Origin: Candidatus Poriferisocius sp.
GTDB taxonomy: Bacteria > Actinomycetota > Acidimicrobiia > Acidimicrobiales > Bin134
Assembly (NCBI GenBank): GCA_965208545.1
Contig: OZ242341.1
Location: 2,015,380-2,079,379 of the forward strand
Direction: 5' to 3'
Length of the DNA stretch: 64,000 nt
The notes beneath the pieces were generated by a model. That model was not told where the DNA came from. It made no database searches and saw only the letters and a list, made by a program, of their open reading frames with translations. Made by a program: the position numbers and the translations under genes. The stretch's first letter is position 1. Every line of letters begins with the position of its first letter. Shown one piece after another: positions 17,784-25,758 of the stretch.

Positions 17784-19137
17784 CGAGGGCTCGTCTCAGC
17801 GCGGTCCCGTCGGTGGGAACCACCTCCACGGGGCGGGGCAGATCGCCGGGCCGAGTTCCGTCCAAGAACACGCCCTGCGACAGGCACACGTCGGGCAGCA
17901 GGTAGCGGTGGCCCTCGGGCTGTTCGGCCAGCGTGCGGGCGATGTCGGCGCCCACCAGCAGCCCGGCCACCGCGGTGGTGCCGCCGAAGAATTGGTTCTC
18001 CACCGGCACCACTCGCACATCGTCGCGGCCCAGCGAGGCCACCAGCGGCTCCAGCACCGCGGCCCCGTACTCCCCGGTGACCACCCCCACCGGCGAGCCC
18101 TTGCGGGGCCGCAGGCCAATGGGCGTGGAGCCATCGGTCCTCGGCGCCCGGTAGCCCTCGGCGGGCGCCCCCTCCACCCAGGCGAAGAAGCCGGGCCGGG
18201 TTCCGGTCACCTCCTCGGTTTGGCCCCAGAACTCCATCTCCAGCGTGGCCGCCATGCCCACGCCGTCTTCGTGCATGGGAAACCCCTCGTAGGCCTCCGG
18301 GTCGGGAAACTCGACCCCGGCCAGCAGGTAGTACTCGTCGGCGCAGAACACCAGCCGGCGGCCCAGAATCTGCCGGTTGATCACCTGCCACTGGTGCACT
18401 GCCTCCACCACCGCAGCCGCCTCGGCCCGGGTGTGGGGCCTCAGCCGGGGCTCAGAGGTATGGCGCGACACCCCCAGGGGCACCACGCAAACGCTGGCCA
18501 GCTCCGGGTACTCGTCGGCCACCCCGGCCAGGGTGTCCTCCAGCACATCGCCGTCGTTCACGTCGGGGCACACCACCACCTGGCCGTGTACCTCGATGCC
18601 GTGGTCCAACAGCGCCCGCAGCCAGCGCAGGCTGGTGGCCCCCCGTCGATTCCGCAGCATGTCGGCCCTCACGTCGGGGTCGGTGGCGTGGATGCTCACG
18701 TTCAGCGGCGAGAGTCGCTCGGTGACCACCCGCTCTAGGTCGGCCTCAGTGAAGCGGGTCAGGGTGGTGAAGTTGCCGTACAGAAACGAGAGCCGGTAGT
18801 CGTCGTCTTTCAGATACAGGCTGGGACGCAGCCCTGGCGGAAGCTGGTAGATGAAGCAGAATTCGCAATGGTTGTCGCAGGTCCGCACCCGGTCGAACAG
18901 CGCCGAGTCGACCTGGGCCCCCAGCGGCTCGCCGGCCCGCTTGAGCACCTCGAGCTCCAGCACCACCCCGTCGCGGCGCACGTCGAGGCTCAGCTCGGGC
19001 TCGTCCACCAGCTGCTGGTACTCGATGACGTCTTTGGGAACGCTGCCGTTCACGGAAAGAAGCTCGTCACCGGCCCTCAGGCCGAATTGCTGAGCCACCG
19101 ACCCATCGGCGACCGCTGTCACCCGAGGCGCGGACAT
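17776..19137 (-). CDS. PDZ + radical-SAM-like + DUF512 protein
   Basis: N-terminal PDZ-like domain (GLRAGDELLSVNG) and a CDNHCEFCF (CX3CX2C) cluster motif. The DUF512-type architecture commonly precedes der. It overlaps the der start by 8 nt. Confidence 0.75.
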   Translation of the reverse strand: MSAPRVTAVADGSVAQQFGLRAGDELLSVNGSVPKDVIEYQQLVDEPELSLDVRRDGVVLELEVLKRAGEPLGAQVDSALFDRVRTCDNHCEFCFIYQLPPGLRPSLYLKDDDYRLSFLYGNFTTLTRFTEADLERVVTERLSPLNVSIHATDPDVRADMLRNRRGATSLRWLRALLDHGIEVHGQVVVCPDVNDGDVLEDTLAGVADEYPELASVCVVPLGVSRHTSEPRLRPHTRAEAAAVVEAVHQWQVINRQILGRRLVFCADEYYLLAGVEFPDPEAYEGFPMHEDGVGMAATLEMEFWGQTEEVTGTRPGFFAWVEGAPAEGYRAPRTDGSTPIGLRPRKGSPVGVVTGEYGAAVLEPLVASLGRDDVRVVPVENQFFGGTTAVAGLLVGADIARTLAEQPEGHRYLLPDVCLSQGVFLDGTRPGDLPRPVEVVPTDGTALRRALDG

Positions 19138-19272
19138 GGCAAGAATGATACGAGGCCCACCGCCGGCTGGAAGGGCGTTTAGCTGGGGTGGCGGTGGTGA
19201 CGGTGGTGACGGTCACGTTCAGTGGCAGCCCGGGCTCGGTGGGGTGGCGTGGCACAGGGTGGCCGCGTGGGG

Positions 19273-22200
19273 TTAGCTGGGGCTGGCGGTGCCGATGTCG
19301 GTCCAGGTGCTGCTGTCGGTGGTGTTGGGGTTCTCTGCGCGGATCTGGACTTTGTAGGTGACGGTGTCGTCGAGGCCGCTGATGGTGTGGGTGGTGGCTT
19401 TGGACCACACGCGGTGGGTGATGTAGGTGTCGTCGCCGGCGGTGTTGTCCTTGTAGCGGATCGCGTAGGCGTGCACGGCGGGGCCGGTGAAGCTGGCCGG
19501 CGCGGTCCAGGTGACGGTGAGCGCGTCGGCGGCGGCGGCGACGGATTTGGTGGCGGGCGCGCCGGGGGTGCCGGTGCTCGCGGCGGCGGGGGTGGTGCGG
19601 CACCAGCCTCGGTGGAACAGGGCGTCGTCGCAGTTGTTGCTCTCGAGGCCGCGCAGGGCGTTGTTGGTGGTGATGGTGCCGCCGTTGCTGCGGCCCTGCA
19701 CGGTGATCTCATAGACGGCGTCGTTGTTGAGCGCTGACAGGGTGTGCCCGCGGGTGTCCGCGTCCAGCCACGCAGAGTCGGTCCATGCTGTGGTGCCGGC
19801 TTTGCGGTGCCGCACCCGGTAGCCGTTGACGCTCGCGCCGGGGATGCGCACCGACGGCTGGCCCCAGCCCACCCCGATGGTGCCGTTGCCCGCGGAGATC
19901 ACCATCTCGGCCATATTCGGGGCGCCCATGAAGTACCGGTCACGCCCGGTGAGGGTGAAGTTCACGTCGCCCGCGGTGGCCACCGCACGCAGGTCCTTGG
20001 GGCCGCCCCACGTGAGCTGGTTGTTGGTCGTGTGACGGCGCGCGATCGAGATAAAGGTGCCCGGCGGGCAGGGGACGCTCTGCGTCGACGCCAGATGGCA
20101 CGTCGCTGACGCAGTCCGGTTCGTCGAGACGTTGAAAAAGAACCGCCATCCCGGCCCGGTCGAGCCTCCCCACTCAACCATCGGGTCGAGAGTGGCAGAC
20201 AGGCCGTTGCGAGCCCACCAGGCCGTCAGCGGCGCCGCCAACGTGCCCGCCGACGCCCACGCACTGTCGCCCGCGGCGTTGCGGGCACTCACCTCGACGT
20301 CGTAGCCGGTATCGGGATCCAGGCCCGAGATCGTGTACGCGGTGGTGTGCGCCGACACGCCGTCGGACACCCAGTCGGCAACGTTGCTGCTGGTGCTGTC
20401 GCGCCAGCGGATCTCATAGGCGTGCAGCGTGGTGCCGCCGGTGCTCACGGGGGCAGTCCAGGTGACCGTGGCGGCGGTCTTGTCGGCGCTGCGCACCACC
20501 GCACCGGTAGCGGCGAACGTGGGCGCTCCCGGGGCGGTGATCGCGGTGCTGGGGGAGGTGGGGGTGGCCGAGCAGAGGAGTCGTTTGTTGATGGCGCCGG
20601 CGGTGTCGAGGGTGCACGGCCCGCTGGTCATGCCGGCGTAGTGAGTGGCGTCGACGGTGTCGCCGGCGTCGTTGCGGGCCCGCACCCTGATCTCATAGGT
20701 GGTGTTGTTCGACAGGCCCGAGTCGATCGTGTAGGTGCGCGTCGCGGCGGTCTGCCAGGCGCTCTTGGTCCACGTCGCCTCGTCGTCAGCGGCGGTGTCG
20801 TTGGCCCGCGACGCAGCACGGTGCCAGACCTGCCAGCCCGAGATCTCGGCGCCTTCGGGCTCGTAGCCGGTGTGGCTGCTGGGGTTCCAGCCGACCGCGA
20901 TCTTCTCGTCGCCCGCCGACACGGCGGCGTCGGGATTGGGGGGGCCGCCGACGTCGAAGTAGTAGGTGGCGGTGCGCTCGCTGCGGTCCCCCGCGGTGAA
21001 CGTGATCCAGGTCGAGATCGGCCGTCCCCAGGCGGGTTCCCATTTGGCGATGTTCGTGCTGCCGACGGGGCAGTCCGTTTCGGTGTTGTCCTTGCACGCC
21101 TGCATGATGTCGCCGCCGTCGGCCAGCGAGGTCACCGTCTCGGGTGGGCAGTTGATCGTCGTGCTGGTCTTGTGCGCGTCTGTCTGGGAGGTCTTGACGG
21201 TGCACACCCCGCCGGCGCGCGCAAGCGAATGCTCCGGCCGGAAGAACAGCCGCGGGTAGCCCGCCACGCCGTTGATAGTGGACGACGTGACAAAGGGCAC
21301 CTCGCCGCCCATCACAGAACCCGAGTCCAACCACGCGCCCGCCCCCGCAGCCAGCGACGCCGTCGACCACGCCCCGCCGCCGGCGGAGTTGAGGGCGCGC
21401 ACCTGCACGGTGTAGGCGACCGACGCGGCGAGGCCGCCGATGGTGTGAGAGCGGCGGTGGCCCGACACCCCGGTCGACACCCAGTCCGAGTCGCTGGCCG
21501 ACGAAGCGGGCCGCCAGCGGACCTCATAGGCGTGGACGGCGGCGCCGCCGGTGGCGGCGGGCGGGCTCCAGGTCAGCTTGGCCTCGCCTTCGAAACGCGG
21601 CCCCAGCGGCGACGCCCCCAAGATGGGCGCGTCAGGCGCGGTCACCGCTGCGGTGCTGGGGGTGGCCAGGCACAGTCCGCCGTACTCGGCGGGCTTTTTT
21701 TCGGCGGGGTTGGCGAAGATGCACGGCCCCGAGGTCTTGCCCAGGATGTGGGTGGTGTTGTCCGTGTCGGCGTTGTCGTTGCGGGCTCGCACTCTCACCC
21801 ACACCGCGGTGCCGTTGGCGATGCCGTCGGTGGAGTCCAGCGTGTGGGTTCGCGCTGCGGGGTCGGTGAGGGTGGTCTCGGTCCACGCGGGCCAGGTGCT
21901 GTCGGTGTTCTGGACGCGGTGCCAGATCACCCAGCCGTTGCGGGCCGACCCGGGCCGCTCAGGGGACCGGTCCTCGTCGTTGTAGACATACAGCTCGGAG
22001 GGCTCGGTCCAGCCGATCGCTATCTTGGCGTTGCCTGCGGACAGCGCGACCTGGGGCTGGTTGGGGCCGCCGACCTGATAGTGGTAGTCGTAGTTCTGGC
22101 TTGCGGTCTCGGCGTCGCCGGTGGTGGCCGCGGCGATGGTGAACCTCATGGCGTTGCCCCACCGGGGCTGGGAGGGGATCGGCTGGGGATTGCTGCCGGT

Positions 22201-24453
22201 GGTGTAGGCCACCTGGCCTGAGAAGTTGAACATGGAGGTCAGCGTGCTCGGCGGGCAGTTGAGCTGGCTTTCCGCGGTTTTGCACTTCGCGCCCGACTTC
22301 TTGTTGGTTGCGACACGCGTGAACGTCCGGAAGCCCAACGCGTTGCCCTCCTCGTCGAACTGAAGCAGCGAGCGGGGCGTGCCCGCGGTGTACCACACCG
22401 CCAACGGCGCCGCGCCCGTGGTGGCGTTCACCGCGGTGGCGGCGGCGTCGCCGGCGGCGTTTCGGGTCTTGACGGTGAAGGCGTATTCGGTGGTTTGCGA
22501 CAGGCCGGTGACGGTGCGGGTGGTGGCTCCTGCGGCGAGCACCAGGGTGGTGACGTCATTGGGGTGGGAGGTGGGGTTGTAGGCGATGACGACTGCGGTG
22601 CGGGGTTGGGCGGTGGTGGCTGTTGGCAAGGTCCACGACACGGTGACTGTGCTCGAGGTGATCGCCGATGTGGACACGCCGGTGGGCGCGGCGGGGGTGT
22701 TGATGGCGGTGGCCGTCGCCGCGGTGCTTGTCACCGGGTTCGTGTTCGACGCGGTCAGGTTCGCTGTTACCCGCACCTGATAGGTCGTGCCAGCGGTCAG
22801 GGTGCTCAGCGTCGCCGAGGTGGAGGTGGCCGCCACGTCCTGCGACGAGTGCGACCCACAGTTGCTGTCCCAGGTTGTGCACGTCGAGGCGCGATGCTCC
22901 ACCGTGAACCCGCTGACCCCGCACCCCGATGCTGTGGCGTCGTAGGTCCAGGACACATCGATCTCGCTCACCGCGTCCACCGTTAGGGTCACCGCCGGCG
23001 CGGTGCAGCCCGACGCCGCGGACACCGTGACGGTCGCCACGTTCGACCACCCAGAGGGCACCTCGTCGCCGCTGCTGGCGCTGAACCGCACCGCTTTGAC
23101 GCGCACTTTGTAGGCGCCCGCCGCCACCTCGGTGACGGCATGGTTGAGCAGGCTCGCCCCGACCTTCACCGACGTCGCCGATGTCCACGACGTGTCGCTG
23201 GTCAGGGTGTACTGGATCGTGTACCAATGGCTGCCCTTGGTGGTGCAGCCCGGCACCGACCCCAGCCCGATATGGCCCCACGACACGCTCAGCCTGCCCG
23301 CCGACGACGACCCCGCCTTCACCTGGCTCGGCGCAGCCGGCGCCGTGCACACCGCAGGCTGTTGCGGCTGCTGCGGCTGCTGCGGTTGTTGGGGTTGCTG
23401 CGGCCGTTGCGGTTGTTGGGGTTGCTGCGGCTGGAACCCGCCACCACCGCCACCACCGCCGCCACCGCCGCCACCGCCGCCGAACGAGCCGCCGCGATTC
23501 GGCTCGGGCGTCGGGGTGGGCGTTGGTGTGGGTGTTGGCGTTGGTGTTGGCGTTGGTGTGGGTGTTGGCGTTGGTGTCGGCGTGGGCTCGGGGGTTGTGG
23601 CGGGCTCGGTGCCGACACAGCCGCCGGGCACCGCGTGGGTGTCCACGCTGAACAAACAGCGGTGCCGGTTCAACAGCGCCTCTTGGGCGGCAATCAACTC
23701 CTCGCGGACAGCGAGGTCGGCGTCAGTCGGCGATTTAGTGAACGGGTCGGGCTCAGCGGGCGTTTGGAGTGGCTTGCCGGCGGCGCAACCGCCGGGCACT
23801 GCACCGACGTCGATCCCGAACATGCACCGATACGCGTTCAGCAGCGCCTCCTGATCGGCGATCAGCCGATCCAACGCCCCCACACCAGAAGGATCGGGGC
23901 TGGGAGTCGGATCGGAGCTAGGGGAAGGACCAGAGGTGGGCGTGGGCTCGGGGGTCGGCGTGGGCTCGGGCGTGGGCTCGGGGGTGGGGGTGGGCGTGGG
24001 CTCGGGGGTGGGGACCGGATGGGGGCTAGGGGTTGGAGTGGTGCCAGATTCGGCGGGCTCGGTGCCGCCGCAGCCGTCGGGAACAGCGTGGGTGTCGATG
24101 TCGAATTGGCAGCGGAGTGCGTTAAGCAGCGACTCCTGGGCGTTGATCAGTTTGCGACGGGCCGTGAGGTCCGAGGCCACAGGGCGCCCATAGCGCTTGG
24201 CGAACGCACTGGCTGGAGCAGGGGGCAGGGCGGGCTCAGTCCCGTTGCAGCCGCCAGGTACCGCGTGAGTGTCTACGCTGAATAAGCAGCGGTATGCGTT
24301 TAGCAGCGCCTCTTGGGCCGCGATGGTCTGCTCAAGCCGCTCGATGGGCGAAGACGCCGACTGCTCTGAAGCCTCCCCGACCGGCACCAACAGACCGAAC
24401 AGCACTGCCGCGACAGCCGCCACCCTCACAGCCAAACGGCCGCGGCTCACCAC
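19273..24453 (-). CDS. giant secreted repeat protein (1726 aa): signal peptide, four Cys-pair repeats, PT/Gly/QP low-complexity spacers, about nine FN3-like domains
   Basis: A single uninterrupted ORF. Signal peptide MVSRGRLAVRVAAVAAVLFGLLVPVGEA. It has repeated FN3 hallmarks (TVSWT, YxVxVxA, HAYEVRWR) and no LPXTG motif or C-terminal TM helix. Confidence 0.85.
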   Translation of the reverse strand: MVSRGRLAVRVAAVAAVLFGLLVPVGEASEQSASSPIERLEQTIAAQEALLNAYRCLFSVDTHAVPGGCNGTEPALPPAPASAFAKRYGRPVASDLTARRKLINAQESLLNALRCQFDIDTHAVPDGCGGTEPAESGTTPTPSPHPVPTPEPTPTPTPEPTPEPTPTPEPTPTSGPSPSSDPTPSPDPSGVGALDRLIADQEALLNAYRCMFGIDVGAVPGGCAAGKPLQTPAEPDPFTKSPTDADLAVREELIAAQEALLNRHRCLFSVDTHAVPGGCVGTEPATTPEPTPTPTPTPTPTPTPTPTPTPTPTPTPEPNRGGSFGGGGGGGGGGGGGGGFQPQQPQQPQRPQQPQQPQQPQQPQQPAVCTAPAAPSQVKAGSSSAGRLSVSWGHIGLGSVPGCTTKGSHWYTIQYTLTSDTSWTSATSVKVGASLLNHAVTEVAAGAYKVRVKAVRFSASSGDEVPSGWSNVATVTVSAASGCTAPAVTLTVDAVSEIDVSWTYDATASGCGVSGFTVEHRASTCTTWDSNCGSHSSQDVAATSTSATLSTLTAGTTYQVRVTANLTASNTNPVTSTAATATAINTPAAPTGVSTSAITSSTVTVSWTLPTATTAQPRTAVVIAYNPTSHPNDVTTLVLAAGATTRTVTGLSQTTEYAFTVKTRNAAGDAAATAVNATTGAAPLAVWYTAGTPRSLLQFDEEGNALGFRTFTRVATNKKSGAKCKTAESQLNCPPSTLTSMFNFSGQVAYTTGSNPQPIPSQPRWGNAMRFTIAAATTGDAETASQNYDYHYQVGGPNQPQVALSAGNAKIAIGWTEPSELYVYNDEDRSPERPGSARNGWVIWHRVQNTDSTWPAWTETTLTDPAARTHTLDSTDGIANGTAVWVRVRARNDNADTDNTTHILGKTSGPCIFANPAEKKPAEYGGLCLATPSTAAVTAPDAPILGASPLGPRFEGEAKLTWSPPAATGGAAVHAYEVRWRPASSASDSDWVSTGVSGHRRSHTIGGLAASVAYTVQVRALNSAGGGAWSTASLAAGAGAWLDSGSVMGGEVPFVTSSTINGVAGYPRLFFRPEHSLARAGGVCTVKTSQTDAHKTSTTINCPPETVTSLADGGDIMQACKDNTETDCPVGSTNIAKWEPAWGRPISTWITFTAGDRSERTATYYFDVGGPPNPDAAVSAGDEKIAVGWNPSSHTGYEPEGAEISGWQVWHRAASRANDTAADDEATWTKSAWQTAATRTYTIDSGLSNNTTYEIRVRARNDAGDTVDATHYAGMTSGPCTLDTAGAINKRLLCSATPTSPSTAITAPGAPTFAATGAVVRSADKTAATVTWTAPVSTGGTTLHAYEIRWRDSTSSNVADWVSDGVSAHTTAYTISGLDPDTGYDVEVSARNAAGDSAWASAGTLAAPLTAWWARNGLSATLDPMVEWGGSTGPGWRFFFNVSTNRTASATCHLASTQSVPCPPGTFISIARRHTTNNQLTWGGPKDLRAVATAGDVNFTLTGRDRYFMGAPNMAEMVISAGNGTIGVGWGQPSVRIPGASVNGYRVRHRKAGTTAWTDSAWLDADTRGHTLSALNNDAVYEITVQGRSNGGTITTNNALRGLESNNCDDALFHRGWCRTTPAAASTGTPGAPATKSVAAAADALTVTWTAPASFTGPAVHAYAIRYKDNTAGDDTYITHRVWSKATTHTISGLDDTVTYKVQIRAENPNTTDSSTWTDIGTASPS
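23357..23600 (-). repeat. in-frame low-complexity DNA repeats inside the giant gene: (TP)n, Gly15, (QPQQP)n
   Basis: Plus-strand reads GCTGTTGCGGCTGCTGCGG... (15-bp periodic), then 15 consecutive GCC/ACC triplets (Gly15), then GGTGTGGGTGTTGGCGTTGG... (6-bp periodic, TP repeats). Confidence 0.9.
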
Positions 24454-24479
24454 TCACCCCCAGACCAGCCCCCGAAGTT

Positions 24480-24494
24480 GGGGGGGGGGGGGGG
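24480..24494. repeat. homopolymeric G15 (C15 on the giant-gene coding strand), 27-41 nt upstream of its start codon
   Basis: Counted directly: g at 24480 plus 14 g at 24481-24494. Confidence 0.95.
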
Positions 24495-24708
24495 TCCGCG
24501 CAGGATCAGTCAACCGATCACAGGAAGGGGAGGTCAACCAAGTGCTGCGCCGCATTAACTCCATAGTGTGACATATCAATTACTGTTGAACAAGAGATTG
24601 GACTATCACAGACTATGTATAAGCAAATATAACTTTTCGCACAAGCAGCCAAGGCCCCACACCGACCAAGGCATGGCTACTCACCGGCCCGCCCTCTAGA
24701 TTGGGGTT

Positions 24709-25746
24709 GTGAACGTGGACAAGGTGATCTTGGCCGCTCCCCGGGGGTTCTGCGCCGGAGTGGAGATGGCCATCAAGGCGCTGGCCTGGCTGGTTCGCAC
24801 CTTCGACGCGCCGGTGTACTGCTACCACGAAATTGTGCACAACAAGCTGGTGGTCCGGCGCTTCGAGAAGCTCGGCGTGGTGTTTGTGGACGACATCTCC
24901 GAGGTTCCCGCGGGCCACCCCATCATGTTGTCGGCCCACGGCTCGGCCCCCGAGGTGGTGGAGGCGGCCACCGAACAGGCCAGCTACATGGTGGATGCGG
25001 TGTGCCCGCTGGTGACCAAGGTCCACCATGAGGTCAAGGTGCGGGCCGGCAAGGGGTACCGCATCGTGTACGTGGGCCACGAAGACCACGAGGAGGCGGT
25101 GGGCACCATGGCGGTGGCCCCCGAGGCCATCCACCCGGTGGAGAGCATCGAAGACGTGGAGGCGCTCCCCGATTTCGACGATCCGGTAGCCCTGCTGGCC
25201 CAGACCACGCTGTCGCACCGCGATTGGGAGGGGGTGCTGCATGCGGCCCGCGACCGGTTCCCCGACATGTGGACACCGGGGCGCAGCGATCTGTGCTTTG
25301 CCACCACCAACCGGCAGGCGGCGCTGACCGGCATTGCCGAGCAGTGCGGCACCGTGGTGATCGTGGGCTCGGCCAACTCCTCCAACACCATGGCCCTGGA
25401 GAAGCTCGCCCGAGAGCTGGGCTGCGAACGGGTGTTCCGGGTGAACCGGGCCTCAGAGCTGCCCGACGACATCTCTGGGGTGGTGGGCCTCACGGCCGGG
25501 GCCTCGGCCCCCGAGGAGCTGATCAACGAGGTGCTCGACCGGCTCGCCCCGGCCAATGGCATCGAAGAGGTGTCCATCACCGATGAGGACGAGTACTTCC
25601 CCCCGCCCCGCAACCTGCGCGATCTGATTGAGGCCTCTGGTTCGCTGGCCTCCTTCAGCCTGGGAGGACCCCCCTCGCCCGTGCCGATGGTGGACCGCAA
25701 AGTGGCGGCCAGCGACGTGCTCGACGGGCTTATTGCCAGCCGCTAG
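24709..25746 (+). CDS. ispH: 4-hydroxy-3-methylbut-2-enyl diphosphate reductase
   Basis: GTG start. VILAAPRGFCAGVEMAI..., AVCPLVTKVH, DLCFATTNRQ (the three cluster cysteines), plus a C-terminal extension. Confidence 0.95.
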   Translation: MNVDKVILAAPRGFCAGVEMAIKALAWLVRTFDAPVYCYHEIVHNKLVVRRFEKLGVVFVDDISEVPAGHPIMLSAHGSAPEVVEAATEQASYMVDAVCPLVTKVHHEVKVRAGKGYRIVYVGHEDHEEAVGTMAVAPEAIHPVESIEDVEALPDFDDPVALLAQTTLSHRDWEGVLHAARDRFPDMWTPGRSDLCFATTNRQAALTGIAEQCGTVVIVGSANSSNTMALEKLARELGCERVFRVNRASELPDDISGVVGLTAGASAPEELINEVLDRLAPANGIEEVSITDEDEYFPPPRNLRDLIEASGSLASFSLGGPPSPVPMVDRKVAASDVLDGLIASR

Positions 25747-25758
25747 AGGCCAGCAGGA

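Noticed and set aside
16551-18738. Plus-strand ORFs 16551..17594 and 17407..18738
   Set aside because: They are antisense to der and the DUF512 gene. Their composition is shadow-like (G/H/P/R-rich) and they contain no motifs.
23357-23600. CRISPR-like appearance of short periodic repeats (also the 42-bp repeat at 29437-29539)
   Set aside because: The repeats are contiguous without spacers, in frame and inside coding regions. No cas genes are present.
19744-24285. Multiple long plus-strand ORFs (for example 20347..22221 and 23140..24285) and alternative minus-frame ORFs inside the giant gene
   Set aside because: All overlap the single uninterrupted 1726-aa frame, which has a signal peptide and repeated FN3 hallmarks. 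Their translations are Gly/Arg/Pro-rich repeat shadows.
24556-24625. CRP-like TGTGA...TCACA half-sites in the AT-rich intergenic region
   Set aside because: The half-sites are about 35 nt apart, not the 6-nt spacing of a CRP/FNR site.
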